64,000 nt of DNA from Gammaproteobacteria bacterium (GTDB lineage: Bacteria > Pseudomonadota > Gammaproteobacteria > CAJXQU01). The translations under genes were made by a program, and so were the position numbers. The DNA lies in the NCBI GenBank assembly GCA_965238175.1, contig CBDEGZ010000003.1:2144001-2208000 (forward strand). The letters run 5' to 3'. The notes under the pieces are model-generated. The model worked only from the letters and a program-made list of their open reading frames with translations, did no database searches and was not told the origin of the DNA. How positions within the stretch are numbered: position 1 is the first letter of the stretch; every line of letters starts with the position of its first letter. Below are positions 51,483 through 62,107 of this stretch, in pieces.

Positions 51483-51836
51483 ATGCCAGTTTATGACTAT
51501 AAGTGTACTGATCATGGTCTTTTTCACGAGCTCGCGACAATAGATGAACATGCCAATCCATCACCTTGTCCGGAATGCCAGAATTTGTCTCCTCGTGTCA
51601 TTATGATTTCTCCAGATATCCTGGATATGGATTTAGGAAAAAAACAGGCTATCGAAAAAAACGAAACAGCTCAGTATGAACCACAAATATCAACTATAGA
51701 TACTCGAGCAGAGAATACTGAAAAGCTAGCGCATGGCTCTGGATGTCAGCATAAGAAACGAAGTTCAAAACTTTTGTATCTAGCAGACGGTAGTAAAATT
51801 TTTCCATCAATGCGTCCATGGATGATTAGCCATTAA
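51483..51836 (+). CDS. fmdB: FmdB-family zinc-ribbon protein
   Basis: MPVYDYKC...CPEC...RPWMISH. Confidence 0.88.
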   Translation: MPVYDYKCTDHGLFHELATIDEHANPSPCPECQNLSPRVIMISPDILDMDLGKKQAIEKNETAQYEPQISTIDTRAENTEKLAHGSGCQHKKRSSKLLYLADGSKIFPSMRPWMISH

Positions 51837-51843
51837 ATCATGA

Positions 51844-51881
51844 TCAGATAAACCTCATGTACTTCTATGGGGTTTATCTGA
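51844..51881. terminator. Hairpin terminator after the fmd operon
   Basis: TCAGATAAACCTCAT...ATGGGGTTTATCTGA. Confidence 0.65.
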
Positions 51882-52037
51882 TCTTATAACTTGACATTAT
51901 TTTAGGATGTGCGGAAGAATCGTAATATAGAGTTAACGAATAAACTAAAGTGAGTTTCACTTTAGTTTTCAATAAGTATAATTTTGTGATAAATCCTCTG
52001 AAAAATAAAACCGTATCATCAAATAGATCTAAATTAT

Positions 52038-52952
52038 TTATTGATAGTTATTATTTAATATATTAATGGCAGCAGCGGCAGCTGATGTGCGGTTATCCAC
52101 TTCCAGTTTGCGATAAATTTGCTCCAGATGCTTGTTAACAGTACGTGGGCTAATTTTTAGTATTTTTGCAATTTCCCAGTTTGATTTGCCAAGTGATATC
52201 CACAATAGGACATCTGCTTCTCTTTTTGTAATGGGTAATTTTTTTATAAGCTGGTCACTGGTTGGTTCAATGTGCTGTAAAGAGATCTTTACAAGATGGT
52301 CAAATTCACTTTGCTTGCCGATATAGATAACTTTTATTGGTTCAATAAACTCTTGGAATAAAAGATCGTTTCTTTCATTTGATTGGTTCAACCATTTTTC
52401 AAGTTCTCTGGTGAATCTGGTGAATGCTTGATTATCTTTTCCTGAAGTAGTGATACTTTCAAAAAAATCCTGTGCTTGTTGGGTTGACCATAATATATTC
52501 CCGAGACTATCAACAGAGAAAATATGTTGGCCAGTGCTATCGAGAGCCGCTCTTGCACTTATCGTCTTTCTTGCATTTGCGATATGTACCCTTGCACGAG
52601 CAATTACCTCTTCAGGTTTAATCGGTTTGGTTACATAATCAACTCCACCAGCATTAAAGCCTGCAACTATATGTTCAACTTCAGTTAAACCAGTCATAAA
52701 AATCACAGGAATATCAGGAAAGTTTTGTTTAATTTTTTTACAAGTGTCAAAACCGTCCATCCCAGGCATCATAGCATCTAGTAAAACAACATCTGGTATG
52801 ACTTTTCCAAGGATAGATAGTGCTTGTTGTCCGTCTAGGGAAACGAGTACTGTATAGCCAGCTTCACTTAGAGCCATATTTAACATGCCAAGTGAATTAG
52901 GCGAATCATCGACTACAAGTATTGTTGTATTTTTGGTTAGTTTCTCAGTCAT
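52038..52952 (-). CDS. Response regulator (REC + LuxR HTH)
   Basis: ILVVDD and LLDAMMP; TKREADVL...SPRTVNKHL. Confidence 0.92.
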   Translation of the reverse strand: MTEKLTKNTTILVVDDSPNSLGMLNMALSEAGYTVLVSLDGQQALSILGKVIPDVVLLDAMMPGMDGFDTCKKIKQNFPDIPVIFMTGLTEVEHIVAGFNAGGVDYVTKPIKPEEVIARARVHIANARKTISARAALDSTGQHIFSVDSLGNILWSTQQAQDFFESITTSGKDNQAFTRFTRELEKWLNQSNERNDLLFQEFIEPIKVIYIGKQSEFDHLVKISLQHIEPTSDQLIKKLPITKREADVLLWISLGKSNWEIAKILKISPRTVNKHLEQIYRKLEVDNRTSAAAAAINILNNNYQ

Positions 52953-55900
52953 TGATTAGTTTTTTTTAGAGTTTTTATAAATTCATTAAAGTTGTACGAA
53001 GAAAGCTGTGCATCGAATTCATTGAATAGAATATCACTGATTTCTCCTTTTTTATTCAGTAAATTTATCTCAAGGTTTAGCGCGTTAAGATGTCCAATTT
53101 CTGCCAATGAGTAGAGTTTCTTAACTATTTCGGGTTCAATATTCCGATCAGTTACTACCGGAGATAAATCAAGAATGGTATGAGGGTTTTGAGGTGCATA
53201 AATCCAGTCGAGTTGTAAAAACACACCTATTTTTTCAAGCAATAAATGAAGTTGTACAGGTTTAGCCATGTTCACAATATCAAGCTGTTTCGAAAGTTGA
53301 ACATGCTGAGGTTCCTTATGACTGGCTGAAAGCATAAAAATGGGTTGTTGGTAACCTGAGTCACGTAATTTTTGTGCCAGTTGCCAACCGTCAATATCTG
53401 GCATAGATATATCTAACAAGAATAAATCAATCGATATTTCTTCCAGTAAGCACATACATGTGTCGGCATGATCGGCTTCAAAAAAATTAAAGTTCCGAAT
53501 ACTAAGAAAGTCAAATAACAGACGGCGGTGAGAATGATCATCGTCAACAACAAGAATATTCTTCCGAGAACCCTGATATCCTTTGATGTTTTTATCAATG
53601 TCTATATAAGGTCGATATGGTTTTGCTAGTTTTGATAACATTAAGCTTAAAGTAAAAGTACTTCCATTATTCAGGGAGCTAAGTAACGAAATTTCACCGC
53701 CCATTGCATTGGCAAGTAGACGTGTAATTGAAAGTCCTATCCCTGTACCGGATATTTCTTGTGTGGTTCGATTCCGGACTCTCTCAAAAGGTTCAAAAAT
53801 AAGTTCTTGATCCTTCTGGTCTATACCAATTCCGGTATCTTTGACAATGAATTGTGCAACTTGATTGTAATAGATCACCTTAAAGGTTATGGCGCCCTCG
53901 CATGTAAATTTGATGGCATTTGATAGCAAGTTATATAAAATTTGGCGTAGTCGTTTGATATCAACAAATACATATTCAGGAATATCCTTCGATATTTCAT
54001 ATATAAAATTTAAACCATTTTTTTGTGCTTGCAGGCTAAATATCGTGACAATTTGATCGATTAAGGATGTAAGACGTACTACACTTTTTTGCAGCTCAAG
54101 CCTTCCAGCTTCAATTATGGAAATTTCTAGTAACCCCTCTATAAGAGCAGTTAGATGATCACTGTTTTTCCTGATCAGTTGAATAGATTGTTTGTGCTTA
54201 TCAGAAATATCAGGAGCACCCTCCAGTATCTGTGCGTAACCAAGAACAACATTCAATGGCGTTCTCAATTCATGGCTAATGCCAGTTAAGTATCTGCTTT
54301 TTGCGAGATTGGCAGCATCAGCGGACTCCTTGGCCTGTTGCAACTTTTTATCAGTTTTATCGTGGGCTTTGACTTCATTTGCCAATAATTGTGTTTGTTG
54401 CTGAGATTCTTTTAATGCGCTATTACGACTTTGCCGACTTAGAACATAAAGCCAGGTCAATACGCCAAGTACGATGAGTAATATCAAAAAAGCTTTGATT
54501 AAAATACTCGACATAAACTGTTGCTCGTCGGCACTATTGAAAGGTATCTGGAAATAAATTAATGCCAATAAACTAGCCACAACAGTACTGACACAAATAA
54601 AAACAACAAAAAAATGTGTCAGCGTTGGATTGATTTTGTTAAGTAACTTTTCTGGAAATAATACACGCATTCCTTGTGCTAATTGGGCAGAAAAACTTGC
54701 ATCTGGACGACACTTGTCTCCACAACGCGAATCGAGAGAACAGCATAGTGAACAGATAAACCCTCCATAAGCAGGACAGGAAGTCATATCTTCATGATCG
54801 AAAGAATGTTCACAGATGGAGCAGGTGAAAGTATCATTGTCGGGTAAATCTAGAGCATCCCTACTGACCAAGTAATATTTACTTTCAGTTATCCATGCAA
54901 TAAATGGTACTGTAATAAAAGGTACAAATAATGCGATAAAAGGTGATAAAGCCTTGGATAGATCACCAAAAACACCAAGATGAGCAAATATGGCGAGTGT
55001 TGAGCCTATAGCCATTGAACCAACACCCACGGGGTTTATGTCGTAAAGGTGTGAACGTTTAAATTCGATGTGCTTGGGACTCAAACCTAAAGGTCTATTT
55101 ATAACCAGATCCGCCACAATGGATCCTATCCATGCCAGAGCTAAGACTGAGTATATTTGCAGGATCTCCTTTAGAAGCTCAAAAACCCCCAATCCAACAA
55201 GGAGCAAGGCTATAGCTACATTGAAAACTACCCAGACAACTCGTCCTGGATGTTGGTAAGTTATTCGAGAGAAAAAGTTTGACCAAGCTAAGGATCCGGC
55301 ATATGCATTTGCGACATTGATCTTCAGTTGACAAACCATCACAAATACACAGGCAAGAATGAGAGCAATTTCAGGTGAGTTTGTTACATATTTAAATGCG
55401 ATTTGATACATGTGTGTAGGATCAACCGCATAAACTGCTGCTACACCATGCTTGATTGCCAGAAAAGTCAAAAACGAACCTGCCAGTATTTTTAACATTC
55501 CAAATATTACCCAACCCGGACCTGCTGTGATCAATGCTATCCACCAGCTAATTTGATTGCCTTTTTTCTTCTCAGGTAGAAAGCGTAAAAAATCTACTTG
55601 TTCACCAATCTGTGCGACCATTGAGAATATGACAGCACAGGCTCCACCAAATAAAAAAATATCAAATTGATTGTTATTTTGACCTTCCTGCACATTCAGT
55701 CCCTGGAATTCTTTCCATTCGTTAATCGAAACAAGATCGTTTTGAAAGATATAAATAAATGGCAGGATCTGCAAAACGATCCATAGCGGCTGAGTCCAGA
55801 CCTGAAAACGACTGATCATAGAAATACCATGCGTAACCAGAGGAATGATGACGATAGAGCTGATTAGGTAACATAGCGCTAATGGAATTTTAGACAGAAT

Positions 55901-56359
55901 ATTAAGTGCCACCGACATAATGGTGGCTTCAAGTGCAAAAAATATGAAGGTGAATGAAGCATAAACCAGAGAGGTAATAGTCGAGCCTATATAACCAAAA
56001 CCAGCTCCGCGTGAGAGAAGATCAATATCGACGCCGTACTTGGCCGCATAATATGTGATAGGCAAGCCTGTAAGGAAAAAAAGAGTACAAAATACAAGGA
56101 TCGCATAGAGCGAATTTGTAAAGCCATAACTGAGTGTGATACTACCGCCAATAGCTTCAAGTACCAGAAAGGAAACAGTTCCTAGAGCAGTATTAGCAAT
56201 ACGTGCAACAGACCAGCGTCGTGCATGTTTGGCGGTAAAACGCAGGGCAAAGTCCTCTAACGTCTCATTCGCGACCCATTTGTTATAGGTTCTTCGAGTT
56301 AACGGAACTTTCTTGACCACTTCCTTAGCTGATGATTGATCCATATGACAACATTGCAA
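52949..56359 (-). CDS. Hybrid sensor histidine kinase with N-terminal permease-like membrane domain
   Basis: ANETLEDFALRF, many TM segments, Cys cluster, SHELRTPL, HATPase and REC domains. Confidence 0.92.
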   Translation of the reverse strand: MQCCHMDQSSAKEVVKKVPLTRRTYNKWVANETLEDFALRFTAKHARRWSVARIANTALGTVSFLVLEAIGGSITLSYGFTNSLYAILVFCTLFFLTGLPITYYAAKYGVDIDLLSRGAGFGYIGSTITSLVYASFTFIFFALEATIMSVALNILSKIPLALCYLISSIVIIPLVTHGISMISRFQVWTQPLWIVLQILPFIYIFQNDLVSINEWKEFQGLNVQEGQNNNQFDIFLFGGACAVIFSMVAQIGEQVDFLRFLPEKKKGNQISWWIALITAGPGWVIFGMLKILAGSFLTFLAIKHGVAAVYAVDPTHMYQIAFKYVTNSPEIALILACVFVMVCQLKINVANAYAGSLAWSNFFSRITYQHPGRVVWVVFNVAIALLLVGLGVFELLKEILQIYSVLALAWIGSIVADLVINRPLGLSPKHIEFKRSHLYDINPVGVGSMAIGSTLAIFAHLGVFGDLSKALSPFIALFVPFITVPFIAWITESKYYLVSRDALDLPDNDTFTCSICEHSFDHEDMTSCPAYGGFICSLCCSLDSRCGDKCRPDASFSAQLAQGMRVLFPEKLLNKINPTLTHFFVVFICVSTVVASLLALIYFQIPFNSADEQQFMSSILIKAFLILLIVLGVLTWLYVLSRQSRNSALKESQQQTQLLANEVKAHDKTDKKLQQAKESADAANLAKSRYLTGISHELRTPLNVVLGYAQILEGAPDISDKHKQSIQLIRKNSDHLTALIEGLLEISIIEAGRLELQKSVVRLTSLIDQIVTIFSLQAQKNGLNFIYEISKDIPEYVFVDIKRLRQILYNLLSNAIKFTCEGAITFKVIYYNQVAQFIVKDTGIGIDQKDQELIFEPFERVRNRTTQEISGTGIGLSITRLLANAMGGEISLLSSLNNGSTFTLSLMLSKLAKPYRPYIDIDKNIKGYQGSRKNILVVDDDHSHRRLLFDFLSIRNFNFFEADHADTCMCLLEEISIDLFLLDISMPDIDGWQLAQKLRDSGYQQPIFMLSASHKEPQHVQLSKQLDIVNMAKPVQLHLLLEKIGVFLQLDWIYAPQNPHTILDLSPVVTDRNIEPEIVKKLYSLAEIGHLNALNLEINLLNKKGEISDILFNEFDAQLSSYNFNEFIKTLKKTNQ

Positions 56360-56413
56360 CCTTAAAATAGCCTTAGGCTAGTTAATTTTAGCTCGAATAT
56401 TCAATATATCAAT

Positions 56414-56431
56414 ATGCGTTGAATGACGTAT
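56414..56431. promoter_or_regulatory. Candidate response-regulator binding site
   Basis: ATGCGTTGAATGACGTAT. Confidence 0.55.
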
Positions 56432-56667
56432 GCATCTAGTTAATTTTGCCCATTCTAACTTTCTTTTGTGCAGTTCAGTATCTGGTACTTAGGATTTATT
56501 GAAAGCGATGATTAACATGGAGATAACTATAGTTCTTACCACATATAGTTATCAAATTTTAGAGCTAGGGAAAGCATTGGCGGTTGATATTTCCATACAG
56601 ATTTATCCGATCAACCAAGAACTATATTAACGCCAATCAAGGGCAAACTTAAGGAGAACATAATATT

Positions 56668-57828
56668 ATGAAAATCAATAAATCATTATTAGCTACAGGG
56701 GTTGTTAGCAGTTGTCTAATGTTCTCGTCGGGGACATTTGCTGGAGCCAAGATAGTTGTCGACGATACTAAGTGGATCAGTATAGGTGCAGGTTTGAGAA
56801 CTTCGTTTTCAGCAGTTGAAGACTCAGCTGGATCGAGAGGAGATGATTATTCGTCTGATTTTGCTGTGGAAAGCATGCGATTATATATCAGTGGCCAGAT
56901 TCATAAGTACTTAAAAATGACATTCAACACTGAGTGTCAAACCACTACGCCGGGTGATTGCACGGAGGATCCAGATATTGAAATACTAGATGCCATTGCC
57001 CAATTTGAATTTAGCCCTGGATTTAATGTTTGGGCGGGTCGCATGTTAACACCTGCTGATCGTATTGAAATGAATGGCCCTTACTATGCTCTATCCTGGA
57101 ATCAATACACAGTACCTCTATTGCCATCAGACCAGTTTGGCGAAGCAGGTGCTTATGGTCGAGATGAGGGTGTTACTGTTTGGGGTACATTGGGAAAGTT
57201 TCAATATGCTGTAGGTGTTTTTGACGGTCTCGAAGATGGTGCAAATGTAGATGATAACTTTCTCTATGCTGGTCGTTTTGCATACAACTTCCTTAATATG
57301 GAAGGTAATCCAGCTTATTACACGAGTAGTACCTATTATGGTGGTGCGGGAGATGTCTTTACCGTAGGTCTGTCTTTACAGCATCAGTCTGATGGTACAG
57401 GAACAGCTGCCGAGCCTGGTGATTTCACAGCCTACATTGTTGATGCTCTGTTTGAAAAGCCATTGGCAAATGAAGGAGTAATAACCATTGAAGGGGAATA
57501 TAAAGTATTCGATGCAGATAATAGTGCAATAGCGATAGCCGATCCCGCATGTTTTTGTTTGTTTGATGGTGACTCCTATTTTGTGACAGCGGGCTATTTA
57601 TTTCCACAAAAAATCGGATTTGGGAAGGTACAACCTTACATTCGATGGAATGAAAATATGCCGGAAGCAGGTGATGACAGTGATCTGCTTGAAGTTGGCT
57701 TGAATTATATCATCTCAGGACATAACGCAAGGCTTAATATTCACTGGAGAACGGGGGATGCTAATGCATCTGGTGCAGCTGGTACCGATGTTGATACGTT
57801 CTTATTAGGTGCCCAATTTCAGTTGTAA
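56668..57828 (+). CDS. Outer-membrane porin (short-chain amide/urea porin, FmdC-like)
   Basis: Signal peptide, beta-strand pattern, C-terminal AQFQL; genomic context. Confidence 0.8.
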   Translation: MKINKSLLATGVVSSCLMFSSGTFAGAKIVVDDTKWISIGAGLRTSFSAVEDSAGSRGDDYSSDFAVESMRLYISGQIHKYLKMTFNTECQTTTPGDCTEDPDIEILDAIAQFEFSPGFNVWAGRMLTPADRIEMNGPYYALSWNQYTVPLLPSDQFGEAGAYGRDEGVTVWGTLGKFQYAVGVFDGLEDGANVDDNFLYAGRFAYNFLNMEGNPAYYTSSTYYGGAGDVFTVGLSLQHQSDGTGTAAEPGDFTAYIVDALFEKPLANEGVITIEGEYKVFDADNSAIAIADPACFCLFDGDSYFVTAGYLFPQKIGFGKVQPYIRWNENMPEAGDDSDLLEVGLNYIISGHNARLNIHWRTGDANASGAAGTDVDTFLLGAQFQL

Positions 57829-57850
57829 TCATTGTAGACAACCCAAATAA

Positions 57851-57890
57851 AGATAACCCTTGAGGATTTTCTCTTCTTCGAGGGTTATCT
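57851..57890 (+). terminator. Hairpin after porin gene
   Basis: AGATAACCCT...AGGGTTATCT. Confidence 0.55.
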
Positions 57891-57912
57891 CTTCAACGAG
57901 AAGGAAAAAAAT

Positions 57913-58093
57913 ATGAAAGTAGTTACATCAAGACATCACGATGTATTGCTTTTGGAATCCCAATCATGTCAGCTAGTTTCCCCTCTTATGTGGAAGACAC
58001 AATCAAGATTGGTGTTTTACATTCACTACCTTGGATCCTGGCTATTAGTGAAACAACTCTTTAAAGACACTACTTAATATTAATCGAAGAGCA
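57913..58093 (+). pseudogene. urtA: Decayed urtA 5' remnant
   Basis: EDTIKIGVLHSL...AISETTL / KDT / LILIEEQ across frameshifts. Confidence 0.75.
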
Positions 58094-58113
58094 GTATGCT
58101 AAAAACTGTTGGG

Positions 58114-58140
58114 AGAGCTACCCTACGAAGTATCTTGGGC
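58114..58140 (+). repeat. 27-nt degenerate hairpin insert, copy 3, in a tiny IS3 remnant
   Basis: AACTGTTGGG|AGAGCTACCCTACGAAGTATCTTGGGC|ATAATAGTGTGATGGA. Confidence 0.8.
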
Positions 58141-58148
58141 ATAATAGT

Positions 58149-58270
58149 GTGATGGATCGTGATGCAAAGAAAATACGTGATGATAAACCTTTATGTATTT
58201 GCTAATTTGAAAACCGAAAAGGGTTTGGAACAGGTTGTCGATTTTATTATGTAAGGAGAGGTTGTTAAAT
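58149..58270 (+). pseudogene. ureG: ureG 3' remnant
   Basis: VMDRDAKKIRDDKP / VFANLKTEKGLEQVVDFI matches the UreG C-terminus. Confidence 0.72.
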
Positions 58271-58271
58271 C

Positions 58272-59135
58272 ATGATTAAGAAAAATTTAAGATTATTAAA
58301 GCCGATCAGACATATCGATGAGATAGTGACACTTTTTTGCCTATGTTGCCTGCTTCCATCTTCGCTATTATATGCTAATGATGAAATAGAAAAAGCAGAC
58401 GTTTCATTATCCACCCTGATTCATTTTAGTGATCCTTCCATGTGGACTGATCTGGATAATAAAACACAGGAAGATCTTTCAATAAACCTTGAACAGGAAT
58501 GGATGAAACGTGGCTTACCTGAAAACAAACAATCCATTTGCATCAACATTGAATGTACACCTGCGGCTATGAGTGATTATTTGCTTGAAATCACTGTTGC
58601 TGGCGTAACCAAGGGAAAATTAACACAGGGAATATCCATCAGTATTGAACAATCTGACCCACGCAAAGCACATATCCACGAACAGATTGTATTACCAATC
58701 ACATGCACACTAAGATATGTAGAGAATGCGAAAATGATCAATTTGAATCAATGGAATGCTCCTTTACCTGCGAGAGTAAAATCCGGAGAGCAAACTGATG
58801 GCCACCATCTCGCAAGATTGCTGGTAGATGCCTGCCAAGGTACAGTCTTCAATAGTGGTATTCAATATGCGGGCATGTCGCCAAAAAATCAAACTGATTA
58901 TTCAACTCCATTTCCCGAAGTTACAGTAGAAAAACGGATAATAAAATCAAATTCAGATACTGCCTCTCCTCATTCCGCATTGCTTAATAAGGTTAATGAT
59001 GATGTAACGGAAGCGGATGATAAGAAAAAGAATCAGCTCAAAATCACTAGAGATAATTCAGAAAACGAACATACACAATATGTCATCAAAAATCCTGCAA
59101 GCGAAGTGATTATAGAATTTGGGCGACAGAGATAA
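58272..59135 (+). CDS. Hypothetical exported protein
   Basis: 287-aa ORF with a signal-like segment. Confidence 0.65.
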   Translation: MIKKNLRLLKPIRHIDEIVTLFCLCCLLPSSLLYANDEIEKADVSLSTLIHFSDPSMWTDLDNKTQEDLSINLEQEWMKRGLPENKQSICINIECTPAAMSDYLLEITVAGVTKGKLTQGISISIEQSDPRKAHIHEQIVLPITCTLRYVENAKMINLNQWNAPLPARVKSGEQTDGHHLARLLVDACQGTVFNSGIQYAGMSPKNQTDYSTPFPEVTVEKRIIKSNSDTASPHSALLNKVNDDVTEADDKKKNQLKITRDNSENEHTQYVIKNPASEVIIEFGRQR

Positions 59136-59166
59136 AGTGTATTAGTTAACCTCTCATGGGATCGCC

Positions 59167-60063
59167 TCACTCACCCATACAAATCTGAAGAAATGCCTGA
59201 ACGGCTCTAGAACGTAAGTCCTTTTTCGGTGCAATCAGGTTTAAGTGCCACATCAAACCATAAGGTGGATTGATTTTGAGTGGCACTAGTTCTGACGTTG
59301 CGTGACGTAGCGCTTGTAATGAAGCAAAACTAATTCCAAGTCCAGCTCTTACAGAACCTAAAACGCCAGCAGCACCTTGTACTTCTATGTTTATAGGAGC
59401 CTCTATTCCGTGATTGACCAATGTCGATTCAATAAGTTGCCTCGCACCTGATTCAGGTTCCCGCCATATAACCTGGTACTCATTAAAAACGCTTAAAGGC
59501 ACTCCGTCGGGGTGTTTTTTGATCAATTCGTGATCATCACGAACAACCAAAACAATTTCATCTTCTCGCCAGGGAAATAGATCATAATCTGCGGGCAAGC
59601 AATCTTTTCCTACCACTCCCTCAATAAAAACAAGATCTAATTCATCAAACTTTTCTAATAATTCCTGGGTACTACCCGTGTTCATAAATATCTGCAGCCC
59701 AGGAAATTGGGTCTGTGCTAACACTAGGTATTTCGGTAGAAAATAGCTGGCGATGGTTGTTGTACTACCGATTCGTAACTCACCAGTATCCATATCCTGG
59801 AGACAACGAACATATTCATTAGATAAGTGTAATGAATATTCTAGTTTTTCCGCATATTCAAGCAGAGTTTTACCCACAGATGTCAATTCAATATGATGTC
59901 CTTTACGGTGGTAAAGAGGCTCCCCTACGCGTTCTTGCAATAACTTGAGCTGACCCGATACCGCAGGTTGACCGAGATGGAGGTGCTCTGCAGCTCGAGT
60001 AACACTTTTCATTCGTGCGACTACTGCAAAAGTAAGAAGTTGGTTAGGGTTAATGTTTTTCAA
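59167..60063 (-). CDS. LysR-family transcriptional regulator
   Basis: SVTRAAEHLHLGQPAVSGQLK HTH; WREPESGAR. Confidence 0.93.
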   Translation of the reverse strand: MKNINPNQLLTFAVVARMKSVTRAAEHLHLGQPAVSGQLKLLQERVGEPLYHRKGHHIELTSVGKTLLEYAEKLEYSLHLSNEYVRCLQDMDTGELRIGSTTTIASYFLPKYLVLAQTQFPGLQIFMNTGSTQELLEKFDELDLVFIEGVVGKDCLPADYDLFPWREDEIVLVVRDDHELIKKHPDGVPLSVFNEYQVIWREPESGARQLIESTLVNHGIEAPINIEVQGAAGVLGSVRAGLGISFASLQALRHATSELVPLKINPPYGLMWHLNLIAPKKDLRSRAVQAFLQICMGE

Positions 60064-60402
60064 TCTGCTTCCCTGTGAAATTAAAAACCAGGATCATGAT
60101 TATTATTAACTCCAGGTAATCACTACGGAGTATCCCTTTGTAAGTATTCCTTTATAAGTACCTGATAACCCAATGATAAATAAATCCAAAATCACCTTTA
60201 CTTAATGATATTAGCAAGGCAGAATTCAAGCATGATCTTTTCAATATCATTTTTTATGATAGATCTGTTCAAAAAGATGATTTGTATTGTATATCACCGA
60301 TACCTAACATTAAAACTCTACATTCAGGACTAATGAGCATGGTTCATGTTTTTTGGTAATGTAAATAGGCAATAAATATTTAATTAGGGGAGACCATTTC
60401 TT

Positions 60403-62103
60403 GTGGCGGCAAATGAATCAACCGTTGATATAAGCCAGATTAAAAAGAGACGCATGGGTGGCAAGGGCCGTATCATCGATCTCATAACGCTGGAAGAAAT
60501 TCGTCAGTTGCTGGGAGATCAACCTCGGCAAAAAGATCTGTTAATCGAACATCTCCATAAAATTCAAGATAAGTACCAATTTATTTCGTCAAAACATTTG
60601 GTCGCACTTGCCCATGAAATGAGCATTTCCACCACTGAAGTCTACGAAGTTGCCACCTTTTACCACCATTTTGATGTCATCAAGGATAACGAAACACCTC
60701 CGCCACCTTTAACCGTTAGAGTTTGCGAATCAGTCTCGTGTGAACTTGCAGGCTCCGGTGATATGGTAGAAGCACTGAAGGCTAGCATGGGTGAAGGTGT
60801 TCGCATTCAGCCCGTCCCGTGTGTTGGCCGATGTGACAGAGCCCCCGTAGCGGTTATCGGACAAAATGCTATCGATCACGCAACAACAGAAATGGTAACT
60901 AAAAAGGTCAGTGAAAACGCGATCGAGTCTGCCGTCACTGAATATATCGATTATAAAGAATATCAAAATCAAGGCGGCTATAAGCTTGTCTCAGAATGCT
61001 ATGCTGGTACTCGCAGCATAGATGATGTTAAAAAAACGATGGAAGATTCAGGCCTGCGCGGTTTAGGTGGAGCAGGTTTCCCTGCCGGTCTGAAATGGAA
61101 AATCGTCAGCGGTTTTGAAGGACCTCGCCTGATGGCCGTCAACATTGACGAAGGTGAACCTGGCACATTTAAAGATCGTTATTATCTGGAAATTGATCCT
61201 CATCGTTTTTTCGAAGGCATGCTAGTCGCTGCTTGGGCTGTGGGTATTGATGAGATCTACGTTTACCTACGTGATGAATATGCGGGTGTAAGACACATAT
61301 TGACTGAGGAATTAAATAATCTCCAGACTAATCCACCGACAGAGCACCCATTACCGAAAATCCACTTACGTCGGGGTGCTGGAGCGTATATTTGCGGTGA
61401 AGAATCAGCAATGATCGAGTCAATCGAAGGCAAACGTGGTATGCCGAGACTCCGTCCCCCTTTCGTCGCTGAAGTTGGCTTGTTTGGAAAACCGACACTT
61501 GAACACAATATGGAAACACTCTATTGGGTTCGCGAAATCATTGAAAAAGGTCCTGATTGGTTTACTTCCCACGGACGTAACGGACGCAAAGGCTTACGCT
61601 CATTTTCAGTCAGTGGTCGAGTCAAAAAACCGGGTGTGCATCTGGCACCTGCTGGGATCACAATCAAAGAATTGATCGAAGAATATTGCGAAGGAATGCT
61701 TGATGGCCATGACTTTTATGGTTACTTTCCTGGTGGTGCATCTGGCGGTATTCTCCCTGCAACAATGGGTGATATCCCATTAGATTTTGATACTTTAAAC
61801 GAATATGGCTGTTTTATCGGTTCTGCTGCTGTGATGATATTTTCTGATCAAGACAGTGCAAAAAATTTAGCCCTGAATGCGATGAAGTTTTTCGAAGATG
61901 AATCTTGCGGTCAATGTACACCTTGCCGAGTTGGGACAGCAAAAGCTGTTGATCTTATGAAAGAAGAAGACTGGGATACCGATCTTCTTGAAGAACTGGC
62001 GAATGTGATGGTCGATGCTTCAATTTGCGGCCTTGGTCAAGCAGCACCAAATCCACTGCGTTGTGCAGTGAAATATTTCCCTGAAGAATTTAAAAGAGGT
62101 TGA
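60403..62103 (+). CDS. NAD-dependent formate dehydrogenase beta subunit (NuoE/NuoF-like fusion)
   Basis: GLRGLGGAGFP, DEGEPGTFKD, GAGAYICGEE and ESCGQCTPCR. Confidence 0.9.
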   Translation: MAANESTVDISQIKKRRMGGKGRIIDLITLEEIRQLLGDQPRQKDLLIEHLHKIQDKYQFISSKHLVALAHEMSISTTEVYEVATFYHHFDVIKDNETPPPPLTVRVCESVSCELAGSGDMVEALKASMGEGVRIQPVPCVGRCDRAPVAVIGQNAIDHATTEMVTKKVSENAIESAVTEYIDYKEYQNQGGYKLVSECYAGTRSIDDVKKTMEDSGLRGLGGAGFPAGLKWKIVSGFEGPRLMAVNIDEGEPGTFKDRYYLEIDPHRFFEGMLVAAWAVGIDEIYVYLRDEYAGVRHILTEELNNLQTNPPTEHPLPKIHLRRGAGAYICGEESAMIESIEGKRGMPRLRPPFVAEVGLFGKPTLEHNMETLYWVREIIEKGPDWFTSHGRNGRKGLRSFSVSGRVKKPGVHLAPAGITIKELIEEYCEGMLDGHDFYGYFPGGASGGILPATMGDIPLDFDTLNEYGCFIGSAAVMIFSDQDSAKNLALNAMKFFEDESCGQCTPCRVGTAKAVDLMKEEDWDTDLLEELANVMVDASICGLGQAAPNPLRCAVKYFPEEFKRG

Positions 62104-62107
62104 AATC

